Below, in pieces: positions 28,977 to 42,400 of a stretch of 64,000 nucleotides of DNA. The notes under the pieces are model-generated. The model was not told the DNA's origin and did not search any database. It saw only the letters and a program-made list of their open reading frames with translations. Location of the stretch: positions 46,066,001 through 46,130,000 of the forward strand of contig OZ024745.1 in the NCBI GenBank assembly GCA_964016885.1. Direction: 5' to 3'. The position numbers were made by a program, and so were the translations under genes. This DNA comes from Eledone cirrhosa. Its lineage: Eukaryota. The stretch's first letter is position 1; the number at the start of each line of letters is the position of its first letter.

Positions 28977-29392
28977 TAGGGCGGTGTCTTAGCAGTATCG
29001 TTAGAGCGTTCTACATTGCTTTGTGGCATATAGTTACAGCCCTTTATATTCTGAATTCAAATCCCGCCTAGGTTAGCTTTGCCTTTCATCCTTACAGGGT
29101 CGATAATAAAGCACTAGTAATGCACTGGGGTCGATTTAATCGACTTTCATCTCTCCTCAAAATTGTTGGCCCTGTGCCTAAATCAGAAATCATTATTAAT
29201 CAGGTAATTGGTGAAGTGGCAGTATCGGTAGAGGGTCGGACATGCTTTCCAGCATAGTTACGTCCCTTTACGATCTGAGTTCAAATCCAGCCGAGGTTAA
29301 CTTTGCCTTTCATCCTTACGGGGTCGATAAAATAAAGTACCAGTAATGTACTGGGTAATTGCTAGCCTTGTGCCTAAAATAGAAACAATTAT
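28977..29392 (+). mobile_element. Tandem SINE A pair: short form inserted in the tail of a long form
   Basis: 21-bp TSD ATTATTAATCAGGTAATTGGT at 29192-29212 and 29388-29408. Confidence 0.9.
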
Positions 29393-29921
29393 TAATCAGG
29401 TAATTGGTTCCTTCTTCGGTTATTTTAGTAAATAGATGCTTATTTAATTGGCAAAATTCTTTCGTCAAATATTAACAAATGGGACAAACGAAGGGCACAG
29501 ACATTTTAAAGAATACGCACATGTAAAGATTACCCGTTCATCAGCTGTCTACTGGATGCGTTTATAGTTTCGGGGACAATCGAAGAAAGGGGGACAATGC
29601 CCGTCTTTCATTTTTAGAGCCTCCGAGTTAGGTGGGATGGAATGAAGAAGGTATCCTCAAACTGAAAACCTAATCCGAATGTTTGCGAAAGAGAGAACGC
29701 CGCTAAAATAAATGCTGATACAGATTTTAGAAATTAAAATATATTTTTGAGAATGTCATCATTGAAAAAGTAAGTGGAAAAAACCTAGAATTAACCCAGT
29801 CCACTATTCTGTTTGTTGTTTTTCCTTTTTGTTGTAATTTGTCATGTTTTGTTTTGTTTTTAATTTAAAGAGTTTCGGAGTTATTGCTACTACACGTTTT
29901 AATCAGTTCAAATATCGAGGT

Positions 29922-30464
29922 TTTCTTCTCCTTCGCCAACTTATTCCTGGAAGGATCGTGAGGAAGAGTCCAAATTACGCCTTCAAGCTGGTTTTGTCAG
30001 AATCAACCGTTTTCATTTGATACGTCTGGAACCCCAAACGAAACCAGCGAGCTCATGGATGATATCCAGCCATCTTGCTCGAGATCTACTCCTGGGTCTC
30101 CTGTCCGTTGGTTTTGCCAGTAAAAATCTGTCCAGCGATTCTTTCTTCAAAAATTCTAATCACATGCCTGTAATATCAGAGCTGTAATCTCTCAATTCGG
30201 AGAAGTAGCGGCTCTACATGGAGTGACCTATCTTTCAGCCTAAGCTTCTTGAAGCAAATCCTACCTTCCAATGGGATCCAGTTCATAACACATTCCGACA
30301 CTTATGGACTTGTGAGTATCTCTACTCTTGCAGGTGCAGTCATTTCTGGTTCTCACACCTGAATAGTGGAGTTTCCATCCTCCATCCAAATCTACAATAC
30401 CAGAGCCATAGAACCTTGTTGAGGAAACCCCGACTACATCTAGCCGGTAGCATCTAGTCTCCAA
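29922..30464 (-). mobile_element. Internally deleted RTE-clade LINE (endonuclease N-terminus joined to C-terminus)
   Basis: YRLDVVGVSSTRFYGSGIVDLDGGWKLHYSGV (APE-like), then LRLKDRSLHVEPLLLRIERLQL, then an RTE 3' end homologous to 7991-8270. Confidence 0.7.
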
Positions 30465-33400
30465 AAATGCAATGTCAAAGCTGGCGACTGCTGAGTGAAG
30501 AAGGTAAGGTCACTTAATACTGTAAATAAACAAACTTTTTAATTGTATTGCTGTTAAGGCGCATTCCCCTCTCTTCTAACCCCTCCGACTTTATTCCAAT
30601 TATAAATAATGCCTCTAATAGCAGGCGAGAGTTAAGATGAAAACGACCCTCCATTTTTCTCTTGGCTTTATATCTTACCACTAAAATGTGCATTGTATTA
30701 CCAAAATGACTATTTCATCGCCGCATTTGTACAATTATATTCGAATAATGTTGAATAATGTTTATTTACTTTTATTATTTCTCTTTTGTTTTGTTTTTTA
30801 ACATAGGGAAGAAGGCTTTATTGAGGTTTTATGAGAGCCAAAGAAGGGTTATGAAATGTTTAAAGGTATTAATTACATTGATGTAAGATAATAAAATGAT
30901 GAATTTTCAAAAGGTTTTATGCAAAATAACAATGATGCGTCTGTGTCAGATGATAGACATGCGTGAAGATATACACAAATATAAGAAGTACATAGTTTAA
31001 TCCTACTAAGTGAAAGGGTTCATGAGATTTATAGACTTTCTCAGTCGGGCTGAGGTTGAATTTAAACATTTGAAGGTGGGCGCCAGCAGGAAAAACATAG
31101 ACAAAGGGAAGAAGCAATTCCATTGTCATATATTTTGTTTTATACTGAATGAATTTATACTTACATCGCATTTTAATGTTATTATTTAATCCAAAGAAAA
31201 ATCCCTACAGACAACGAACATGTTGTCGAAATAAACTATATAATTATTTCACAAACTAAACACCAGAGCGTTTTGTTGTTTGTTTGCTTTGTTTTGTTTT
31301 GGGGGTGATTTTTAAATATATTTACTTCGACTAATATTTTGAAAAAGTATATGGAATAAGGACGCCATCTAAATTTGAAACACTAACAGTGAATCTTACA
31401 AATATTTCTGTCAGCAGATAATGTCTGGTTCTGGTTTTGGTATAAGGTTCCTGCCGACATTAAATAGAGTTTTTGTTTGCAAGTAGAAATTGGTAATGTC
31501 CATTAATACAACTGACGTATTGTCGTCTGTTGAGAATCGTAGTTTAGAAATAAACACAAATGGATCTCGAAGTGTCTACATTGAATGGTGAGTAAGTATT
31601 CACCAGGGCTTGATTATTTACCACATCTAAACGGAGTCATGTATAAACGTTGCCTAATTTCCTGCTACTTACACACAATGAGAAGTTCATATAGACTTTA
31701 CACTAATATCGAATATTTAGTGTTCAAACTTACATAAGAATGCTAAACAAACAAAAAAATGTTATCAGCTGCCGTAGAAACTCGTTGGTGTGTGAAACTG
31801 AACTAGAGACTGCGGAGGAAACGTTATAAATTTAAAATGTGTGTCAAGAGTTTATCGCTTTATATCGAAATGGCAAAGAAAACCAGATAGCATGAAACTA
31901 GAGTTTATTGACCATTATTATTGTTATGCACATTGTTGGATATGCTTCGAGAAGCAAAACAGAAAGTGAACTGAACTTGCTTAATTATTAAGTAGACGGG
32001 AAACTATAAATATGTGTGGTGAGCTAAATATTTGGGTTTGTGCTCGTATTGCATCAGTTTGTGTTAAAAGTAAAAAAAAAAAAAAACACTTCAAAATTAA
32101 CTGATCTATATTGAGAAGTAAACCAACTGACTTAAGATAATTAAGAAAACATAACTAATATAAAACAACGAAAACATATTTGTTTGCCAATTTCTTCCCA
32201 TTGCTTTTAGCAAATTCATTGTTTTGTTCTTTGTTGTAGCTACCATTAATATATAAAAGGTCGTTTAAATCATCCACTTCTGAAATAATAGTTGGTTTTA
32301 TTTCTTTTTTTTTTTTAAAAAAAGATCGTTTCACTTTTTGGCAGCGTCTGTCTGACTAGAGGGGAGGGGCAGATGTGCCAAATGGCATGGGTCTCTGATT
32401 TTGTGAGGACCCAGTCATCTCCAGTTCTAGTTCTTTAAATGGTCTGTTACTTTAAATGCAACATGTACACATGTACATGTATTTACGCAAAACCCATACA
32501 GGAATTTTATGTATTTAACACTAGTTATTAAAAGGCTTAACGAGTAGTTTGAAATGTGGCCTACGTTTCATATTTGACCTGGGCTTATTACCAGTTTTGC
32601 AGGAGCTTCAGAGCCGGCGTCACCATTAAAACCAACTAAGCAACCGCCTAAGGTGCAGACATCAGAGAGGCACATTACTGAACCTTAACGTATTACAACT
32701 GTAAATGTGTATTATTAAATATATAATTTTGATCCATAAATAAATCACTAAACATCTTTGCTACGTTGCAGCGTTGAGAAAATAACCTAAGTGGCAAGAG
32801 GAGCGTCAGGTATTATGACTTGTTATATGATTTAGCATAGAGGAGTGTGGGCTGTGTAGTGGAAAATGTAGGCTTTGTCATTGTCTTAGTGTGGTCAGAA
32901 CAAGAAATGTCAAAAAACTAGGTTTGTCAGTTTACCAAACTCTAAGTTGAAATTAGTTTATTTTGGAGAATGGGGCACATAAACGGGAGAAGGGGACACA
33001 TTTTAGAGCTAACCTCGACGCAGACTGCTCAAAAGTCGGCTCTGGCTATAAATGGAATATGTTTTTATAAATCCACAAATAAATAAGTCTGTGAATAATG
33101 TTAAAATAATAGAGATAGTTACTACATGAATGTAATTAAAATAAATTCTCCCGAGTAGACCCAACTTTTTCTTAGGGTACGTTTGCAGAATTCACTCAAC
33201 TATTTACATGGCTTTTTCAACAATTTAAAGAGATCCCCTAAATCCCTTTTACATCTGAAATTACTCCGTTGCTATAATGTACGGGAGCTTAATGTCTTCT
33301 CCATCCTATCGGCCGGGACCACAAGGCTGGATTTGATTTTCTTCCATAAACATACATACACACATACATACACACATACATACAGACATACAAGAATAAA

Positions 33401-34850
33401 TACATACATACATATTCTGCTAAAGAAAAGTAAAATTGAGAATACAGAATTTAAAATAATAATAGTAATAATAATTACATAATTCTTATAGATTAATTAA
33501 TAATCATAACAGTTGTCACTTCGTCATGAATGTGTGAATGTAGGACAGTAGCACTATTTGAATTCTTCATGAAGATCGATAAAGAAATAGAATGGACCTA
33601 CGGCGGTGTCAACGACGAGTGTTCCAGTTGTTTTATTAACGGAGCAGTCTGCTCTTCAAATTAACATGTAAGTGGCCGAGATCTTATACAATTCCTCTGG
33701 GTTATAAATTTTCTAATCTCTAGATGCTTCTTTAATACAATATATGTTGTTTTAATACACTATATGATGTTTTTATCCATTTACAATTTCCTACTACCTT
33801 ATATTTTGATTTTATTATTGTTATTAAAATCTTATTGACAAATCCTGCATTTTCCACAACACAGTCCACACTCATCCATGCCGAACCATGTAATAGAACA
33901 TAACATCCCACGCCCTTCTGCACTGCTTTGGTGAAGAGGGACTTGGGATATCGATAGTTTTCTGCACCTTTCGTACAAATGTGGGTGTTCTAATGGTATT
34001 AAAACCCTTAGCAGGCGTTTTATGTTTAGCTACTTCTGTAGAATCCCTGTCAGCGGCTTCCAGCTCTTTGTGAATTTTACCACAAACTACCGTGCATATT
34101 TCAGGAAGCGAGCAACCTCTAAGTCACTATGTTCTGCCTTTTAAAGAAACAACTACAGCGTGTCTTTTTCATTTGCTGAATTAGCTTCATGTCTACCATC
34201 ATTTATCTAAAAGAAATGATAATCATAACAAGTTAGAAAAAAAGTTAGAGGTATTAAAAGACATGTCGTCAAAGAAATGAGAAACACAATACTAAAATCT
34301 CTACTCTAGCATATATCAAGGCAACAATTTTAAATTTCGTTCCTTCCACTAAATTGTTCTTTAAATATCCTTTATTTTACGACGTCCACCTTTCACTAAA
34401 TCAATAACCATTTTTTATTTCTTCCTAACTCATACGTTATAGTATGGTCGCCACAACTCCAGTTAATTTTAATAAATCTAACATATATATATTCCCTTAA
34501 AAAGAGTTCATAACATATTAACTAATGCAACAACTATGGTAATATTTAGCACTACGAAGTAACACTATTATGTTTCAACTTATAAATAATTTATAATAAA
34601 GAGTATGTTTGTTGTTTCCACTAGGCGGATATTTGATGGGAATGTTCCACCAGCATCCCTTGTGTTAGTATGCATGTAAATATTCGATGAGACGGGTATT
34701 TGTTTTAGCCACAATATCATGCTGCATTGGAAGGTTGTGGCCTTTTGGGGGGCAACTCCTGATTACATGTGTGTGTGTATGTATGTATGTATGTATGTAT
34801 GTATGTATGTATGTATGTATGTATGTATGTATGTATGTATGTATGTATGT

Positions 34851-35464
34851 CAGGTCACCAGTTGGTGCTACTGGTAACATGTATCCCAGTACAACCTGTC
34901 TCATGGTCGGGTCGTTGGCGACTAAACTAGCAACCCCACCAAAGTTTCTTGGCGAGGAGGGTGACTTTGGACATCCTGCAGGACTAAAATCAAAACCTGT
35001 CAAAGGGCAAAGAAGCTCTTAAGAGTCAATGGCCATCCAAAATCACCGGGAGAGATGACCCCTTAGCCTCTTAGCCTTTGTCAAGGCAGAATTCTAGGAG
35101 AAGGAAAACTCTGATATAACACCTGCAACTCTGATGGTATCCAATTATGACGACTTGTTCTTCTTTTTGGTAAATATCATCTTCGTTAAGACGTGGGACT
35201 GGCTTTGCGCAGAGCCTTTGCTCACTATAAAAGCTTCACGGCACAGGCATTGCTTTATATCTGGAGATCTCTCTGCACTTGTCGTCACATGGTACCAGGG
35301 GCCCAGCACTATGTGTCAATAATTGTCACAAGTGTAGTGTTTGTACCAGAGTTTTCAAGTCGCTGGCTGACTAAAAAGTCACACTCGTTCAGCGCATCGG
35401 TAGGGGTTCTCCTACATGGATATAAAGTAGTGGCCGTACTCGAAAACGAGTTGGCAGCCACCAT
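34851..35464 (+). mobile_element. ~610-bp non-coding dispersed element (putative non-autonomous retroposon)
   Basis: Highly similar copy at 50314-50920, diverged copy at 52633-53240; flanked by (GTAT)/(GT) repeats; contains GGAGAAGGAAAACTCTGA, recalled from RTE-type 5' regions. Confidence 0.75.
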
Positions 35465-35729
35465 ATATGTATGTATTGTGTGTGTATTTTTCATATTGTG
35501 TCTCAGGCTATTGACGTTCACCTCATCGTGATCAGAGATCAGTGATCAGTTTCCAGAGCCCACTGCGAGACCGTCGAAAACTTGGGTCCCTCTTTATCTA
35601 TATATGACATTGCTTTAGATCCATCATCTTGGAGGAAAGCAGTGTTTAATGGAAAACAGGAATCTGAAAAACTAAAGAGGAATCTGTGTAAGGGACTGCT
35701 CAATGTTATTTTACCTGGATTGGTAAAAT

Positions 35730-35918
35730 AGGGTGGTGGATTGGCAGTATCGGTAGAGGGTCGGACGTCATGCTTTCCAGCATAGTTACGTCCCTTTACG
35801 ATCTGAGTTCAAATCCCGCCGAGGTTGACTTTGCCTTTCATCCTTACGGGGTCGATAAAATAAAGTACCAGTAATGCACTGGGTAATTGCTGGCCTTGTG
35901 CCTAAAGTAGAAACAGTT
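35730..35918 (+). mobile_element. SINE family A, short form, full length
   Basis: 17-bp TSD GTTATTTTACCTGGATT at 35705-35721 and 35917-35933. Confidence 0.92.
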
Positions 35919-36432
35919 ATTTTACCTGGATTTTCAGATACTCAAAAGGATTGTGTGTGCACTGAGTGCGGCCGAGTTTGCCTCAGTAAAGCTGGTCTTA
36001 GAAGTCACTAAATAAGCCATATACAAAATCTTGTCGATTTTTGGTGTCTTTGGCAGGAGTGTAGAAAACAATGTGCCTTAGTTGGTGGACTCCGACATCA
36101 TTTAAAAGACCACCAAAAACAAAACACCAGAACCAAGATTCGAGTAACGTTAATCACTGCAGCATATGCAGAAAGGAATGTAAGTCCTTTGAGGGGCTAA
36201 AGAGTTGTAATTGTGACACTAATGTGAGAAAAGGATCAATTCTTGAAATTGAGATGAAGCCATTATGTAGGAACTGGCAGTTGAAACGACAAGAGCTCAG
36301 CCGTCGGGGTCCCGACTCTTTATAATATACCCATACTCTACTACACCAAGTTTCGAGTATTCTAACGAATTTCAAACTGAATCCATTCCGATTTATATAT
36401 ATTGGAGAGCACTGTGGATATAACCCACCAGT

Positions 36433-36587
<155 letters not shown>

Positions 36588-37002
36588 TTATATATATATA
36601 TATATATAATATTCTTTACTATAGCTTTGTGAGGAGTTATATATATATATATATATGTGTGTGCGTGTATTTACATGTTTGTTTACGTTTGTGTTTGTGT
36701 ATATATCCCATGATTTAGTGATCAATAAATTAAGTACTGGATTTGAATAAGTACTGGGGATACGACATGATCGACTAAATTGATGCGGGTCCCAGTATGA
36801 GTGAAGTAAGTAAAATAACAAAGAAATACATAACTTAAAAACCCAGAGAACCTCGAGTTCTTCCACTTCTTACAAAAAAAAAAAAACCTTTACTCTGTAT
36901 AACATTCAAGTTGAAGCAACTCATGTTTTCGTTCTAAAAGTTATTTCCCTTGGATACGATAAGAGATATGAATGAGATTAGCAAATAATCGAAACACCAT
37001 GT

Positions 37003-37190
37003 TGGATTGGCAGTATCGGTAGAGGGTCGGACGCCATGCTTTGAAGCATAGAGTTATCTCCCTTTATGATCTGAGTTCAAATCTCGCCGAGGTTAAATTT
37101 ACCTTTCATCCTTATGGGGTCGATAAAGTAAAGTACCAGTAATAGACTGGAATAATTGCTGGCCTTGTGCCAAAAGTAGAAACAATTATT
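37003..37190 (+). mobile_element. SINE family A, short form
   Basis: Full consensus match. Confidence 0.88.
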
Positions 37191-37242
37191 CTACTGAGTA
37201 CTCAGTAATTTAAGGATGTAGAGTAATAATATTATTTGTTAG

Positions 37243-37427
37243 GGATTGGCAATATCGGTAGAGGGTCGGACACCATGCTTTGATACATAGAGTTACGGCC
37301 CTTGCCATTCTGAGTTAAAATCCCGCCGAAGTTAACTTTACCTTTCATCCTTACGGGATCGATAAAATAAAGTACCAGTAATGCACTGGGTAATTGCTGG
37401 CCTTGTGCCAAAAGTAGAAACAATTAT
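37243..37427 (+). mobile_element. SINE family A, short form
   Basis: 12-bp TSD ATTATTTGTTAG at 37231-37242 and 37423-37434. Confidence 0.9.
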
Positions 37428-38016
37428 TTGTTAGACGTAAACCCGACGATTAGCCTTCTATATAACGAGCCATGTAGTATGTATGTATGATCTTTTGATT
37501 TTATCATTTTATAAATGTTCACCAATAGAGAGAGGGCCGCTCTTTTATTGGAATATAGACATCAACTAGGTAAATATGTGTGTGTGCAGGTATGAATGTT
37601 ATTGTTTATGTGATTCTATATGTTTTGAGTTATATGTTTCTCTGTCTATACGTGTGTACATGCAGTTATTACATGCAGAATTTCTTAAATGTTTTACATA
37701 CTTTTACAGTTCCGTTAATGGACTGTAGTTGCAACTTCCTAACTAGCCATGCTCTTTCTGGTTCTGTAAAGCCCAGCTTCTCAAGATTTGTACTGAGACA
37801 GTTAGTAACGTATTCAAGAGCACCAATGATCACAGGTGAAAATCTAACGGTTCACTCAAGGTGGAGTATCTATAGATTCCTCATTACTTCAGCATCTCCT
37901 TTCACTGATCTTTATGTATGTCAAATGTAAAAGATAACCAGAAATAATAAAGCAGGCGACACAGTACATTGTAGAAATGATTTAGTTTGATGCTTGAAAT
38001 AGCAGGACAAGAGTTT

Positions 38017-38048
38017 TAACGTTTCGGACACTAGTCTTCATCAGATAG
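38017..38048 (-). ncRNA. Degenerate minimal hammerhead-like motif
   Basis: CTGATGA-AGAC tagt GTCC-GAAACGTTA; stem I pairing not evident. Confidence 0.4.
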
Positions 38049-38330
38049 AGTTAGAAATAGAAGATATATAGAAAGATAAAATGTGAGAACGGGGAGGGGT
38101 GAGAGAAAAAAGAGGGAGGAAAAAACTCATGTGCATACTCAGTCAGCTATGTATGTATGTATGTATGTATGTATGTATGTATGTATGTATGTATGTATGT
38201 ATGTATGTATGAGTATGTTCTCTTTTTCTCTTAATTATTAGTTTACTTGTTTTTACCGGAGATCTCTACCAATCTATCTATCTATTTCTCTATCTATCAA
38301 TCTATCAATCTACCTATCTATATCTCTCTA

Positions 38331-39443
38331 GACAACGTGATTTCCATTGGGAAAACCACAGGCAATGCGTTCAGTGGAACAGGTATAGAGCTGGTAGTAC
38401 AAATGAAGCCTGAACGCATCGCCCAAATACCCGACAGAATCCTATTAGAGGACCACGGGTATATAAACATTAGCGTGGAGGGGAGAAGGCCGTCCTGCCA
38501 TATCTGTGCAGGCAGAGGGCACCTGAAGGCCGCTTGTCCCCAACTCAACAAAAAGAAAACCCTGCTACCAACACCAGCTCCACCACCACCACCACAATAG
38601 ATAAACAAACAACAAAACTCAGTCCCACCCAACCCGTCCCTCAGTAACACCACAACACCACCACAACACAAACAGTCACAACACATTACCCCAAAACAAA
38701 ATACAGGCCCACCCAACCTCTCACTCAATAAAACAACACAACCACCGCAGACACAACACACAACACAGTCTAACATAGTGACATCCATCTCCCCCACAAA
38801 GAAAACCAACACGGAAACATTACCAGCAAACATACCTCTTCCCTCCAACACTGAAGATAACCCAACGAATTCGGAGGAAGAAACGGAGTCCTTCAGACAG
38901 ATTAAAAGGAAAAAAAGAAAACATGTGCAAAACACACAAGGACAAACAACCCCCACCCAAATCGCAACACAATCTAACAAAACAGAAAACACCCCTCCAG
39001 CAACAAACAAAACCAAACCTGCCCCTCCCCTCTTCGAAACACTCACACCATCGGAAAAAAAGACATTACACTATACTTACATCAACAGAAACAATAATAA
39101 ATTAAATGAACTCATATACAATAATCCTTCGGTACAAACCGAAGGTGTAAACTTTGTTTCATCAGAAAACCACCCACATTTAAAACTAATAAAAATCCCA
39201 ATGAACCTCTACCAAAAACTAAAAAAGGATTTTAAGGAGGACGTAGGACCACCCTCTGTCAAACCCATAAACCGCGTCCTACTAAAAAGCTTTCCCCCTC
39301 CCCTTCCCCTCCCCAACACAACTCCAAACACCCCAACCCCACCACACACCGACGACCCCACACCACCACAAGACACCCCTTCACCCAACACCCCCGACCC
39401 CATGGAAGTCGTGCAACCCGAACCCCGGGAAGCGGAAAGGTAG
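38331..39443 (+). pseudogene. LINE ORF1 (gag-like) remnant with CCHC zinc knuckle and Pro/Thr-rich tail
   Basis: CHICAGRGHLKAAC; ORFs 38247..38600 and 38778..39443 share a frame, separated by one TAG at 38598-38600. Confidence 0.75.
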
Positions 39444-39476
39444 GTCTCTACACTCTCCTTTGGCTCTGCCGCCCAC

Positions 39477-42400
39477 ATGGATGTGTTAAGAGTAGGATGT
39501 TTGAATGCACGTGGCCTGGGCTCAACTTGGAAGCAAGCAAAGCTTCTAAATGACCTCAGGTCATGTAGTATAAATGTAATGGTTATCTGTGAGACTCGAA
39601 TCAGCGTCATGCGGCAGCTGGCCCCCACCTTCGATGACTTTGAGGTGCATGCATCTCTCTGTCAACCTGGAGGTGGGGGTGGGGTTGTCGTGCTGCTGCA
39701 AAAACACCTGGGTCTTGCCGTACAGGTTGTGCACTCGGACCCGGAGGGTCGTTTGTTGGTGCTAGACGTTGGCAGTAGTGAAAGTGCGGCCTTGAGACTG
39801 GTCGCCGTCTACTCCCCTTTCGGAGCTGAACGGCCCGACTTCTTCCAGCGTTTGGAGACTTTTCTGGGAACGTCGCGTTCCCTGCTTCTAGCGGGGGATT
39901 GGAATGACATCCTAGATGCACGTTGGGACTATGCAGGAGCATGTCCTAATAGAGGGGGGTGTAACAGCCTCAAGGGGTTACTCGACCGTTTTAACTTGGT
40001 CGATAGATATCGACTAGATTTTCCAACTGTGCCTACCTGGACTTGGAGAAACCACAGTGGTCAATCTAGATCGTACTTAGATAGATTCTTAGTTAGAAGT
40101 AAGGATAGGGACATATTAAGCTGTCCAGAAATGCGCACGGTTGGCTACACGGATCACAAATTAGTGACCTGCGTGGTCAATCTCGAGAAAACACATAGAC
40201 AGGGTCCCGGTTACTGGAAACTTAATTTGTCTTTACCGGCAAAAGAGACTTACAGAAACCGGATTAGCAGATTAGTTAAGGAGAGGTTGACGGGTGCAAT
40301 CGTCAACAACCGATGGTGGGCATCTCTCAAAAGAGAGATTAGAACAGAATCAATAAGTTATAGCAAGATGTTAGCTGCCAATAGGAATAGAAACGAGAAA
40401 GAATTAACAGGTAAATTAGAAGAGGCAATCAAGAGCGAAGATGTGGCCAGAGTGCTGGCATCGAGGACGGCCTTGAACCAGTTTTTCGATGCAAAGCATG
40501 AAGGCTGCGTCATTCGAAGTAAAATACGTGCTCTAGGTAATGAGGGGGCCAAAGCCGTTGGATGGGCCCGCGTGACAGAAGCTAAAAGTGGAAATCGATC
40601 CACCATCCGGTCGTTGCAAGACGAAGATGGACGAGTGATCCGGGAGCCTAAGCAGATGTGCGAGGCCTTTCAAAAGCACTTTGCCCGATTGTTCGGGGGA
40701 GGCGAGGGTCCGGGCCGAGGCGTGGATTTCGGTCCATACCTCGACGGCCTGCCGCGTCTCTCGAACAAAGAGGCAGAGTCCTGCGAGGGACCAATCTCGG
40801 CTGATGAGATCGCAGATGCGCTGAGCCAATGCAGCAGACGCAAATCTCCAGGTCTCGATGGTATACCTTACGAACTTTATTTAGCAATGCCGGTCTTCTT
40901 CTCCGAACTCCTCGAAGCGGTCTACTGCAATTGGCAGCAGAACGGGAGAATTCCTTGTTCTGTAGCCAAGGGCGTAGTCACGCTGGTGAGGAAGGACGAG
41001 AAAAAGGGGGATAGTATAAATAATTTTCGGCCCATAACCCTGCTAAACACAGAGTTAAAGATTTTGGCCAAGGTGTTAGCAAAGAGGTTGGCGCTTGTCG
41101 TGGGTGGCCTGGTGGGAGATGCGCAGACATGTGCTATCCCATCCAGGTCCATTCACGATAACCTCCACCTCATGCGATACATCATAGAGAGGGTTGGCAA
41201 CAAACCCGGCTTCGGTGGGGCCCTGATCAACTTGGATCAGTCTAAGGCCTTCGATAGGGTCGACCATGGTTACCTGGATGCGGTGCTAGCGGCGGCTGGG
41301 TTCGGTCCTGTTTTCAGAGGCTGGATCACTGCCCTACATAGCAACCACATCTGTTCTAGGATCAAGGTGAACGGCTACCTTTCGAAGCCGTTCGAAATCA
41401 CACGATCCATTCGACAGGGGTGCCCTCTCTCCTCCCTTCTGTACGTATTGACTCTCGAGCCTTTACTGAGGAAGTTGGAGTTGTTGCAGGGTATCCCCCT
41501 GGAACCAGGATTGAGCAAAGCGGTGTCGGCCTACGCCGATGACGTAACAGTAATGGTATCAACCGACTCGGAGATCGAGGCGATCGGTACCTTACTGGAG
41601 GAGTACGAAAGGTTGTCAGGAGCGAAACTGAACCGGGAAAAATCCATCGGGCTGCAACTCGGAACGTGGAGAGGCAAACCGATGCCTCCTGACGGTGTCG
41701 TCGGACACTGGACGGAGGGCCCGGTAAAGTTGCTTGGGGTCTGGTTTGGACCGGACCTCCAGGTGGAAAAGAACTGGAACGAGGTTACGAACAAGGTGTT
41801 TGCACTAACCCAGAAATGGGCCAAGTGTAAGCTGTCCCTAAAAGGCCGGGCGGAGGTGGCGAACATTTACATAGCGTCCGTCACTTACTACCGCCTGACT
41901 GTCGTGCCTTGCCCTAAGGAAACACTCACCACCATGGAACGCATGCTCTTCCAATTTCTTTGGAAGAAGCGTCCTCCTATGGTGAGAAGATCCATCTGCT
42001 GCCAACAACCTTCGAAAGGAGGGCTGGGGATGCCGTGGTTGATGATGCGTAGGCACGCATTAAGGCTACGGCACCTACAGGTATTCCTCACTGGTCAACC
42101 GGTGTGGGCTCCGTTCGTGAAACGAGCCTTTCCGAGACTCGTCTCACTCACCGAGCTACAGTCCTGGGTCAAGCAAAGATCCGGAAAACTGGGAGACTGG
42201 CACACTGAGTGTGCTCAGGCGCTCAGGGCTCTCTGGCAAGCGGGCCGGGCCATCGGTGGAGAATCCACCTCATCATTCTATAGAGGGCTGGTGGCTAGCA
42301 GGGGCGATGACACCCTTGGAGAGTCGCTGGACATGGAAGAAGACGAACTGGCCAGCCTGTTCGGTAGGACTTTCGGCCCAGGACCAATGGACAACTTCCA

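Noticed and set aside
30807-31590. Possible exons with splice-like signals (30807-30865; donor near 31589)
   Set aside because: No recognisable product or consistent reading frame
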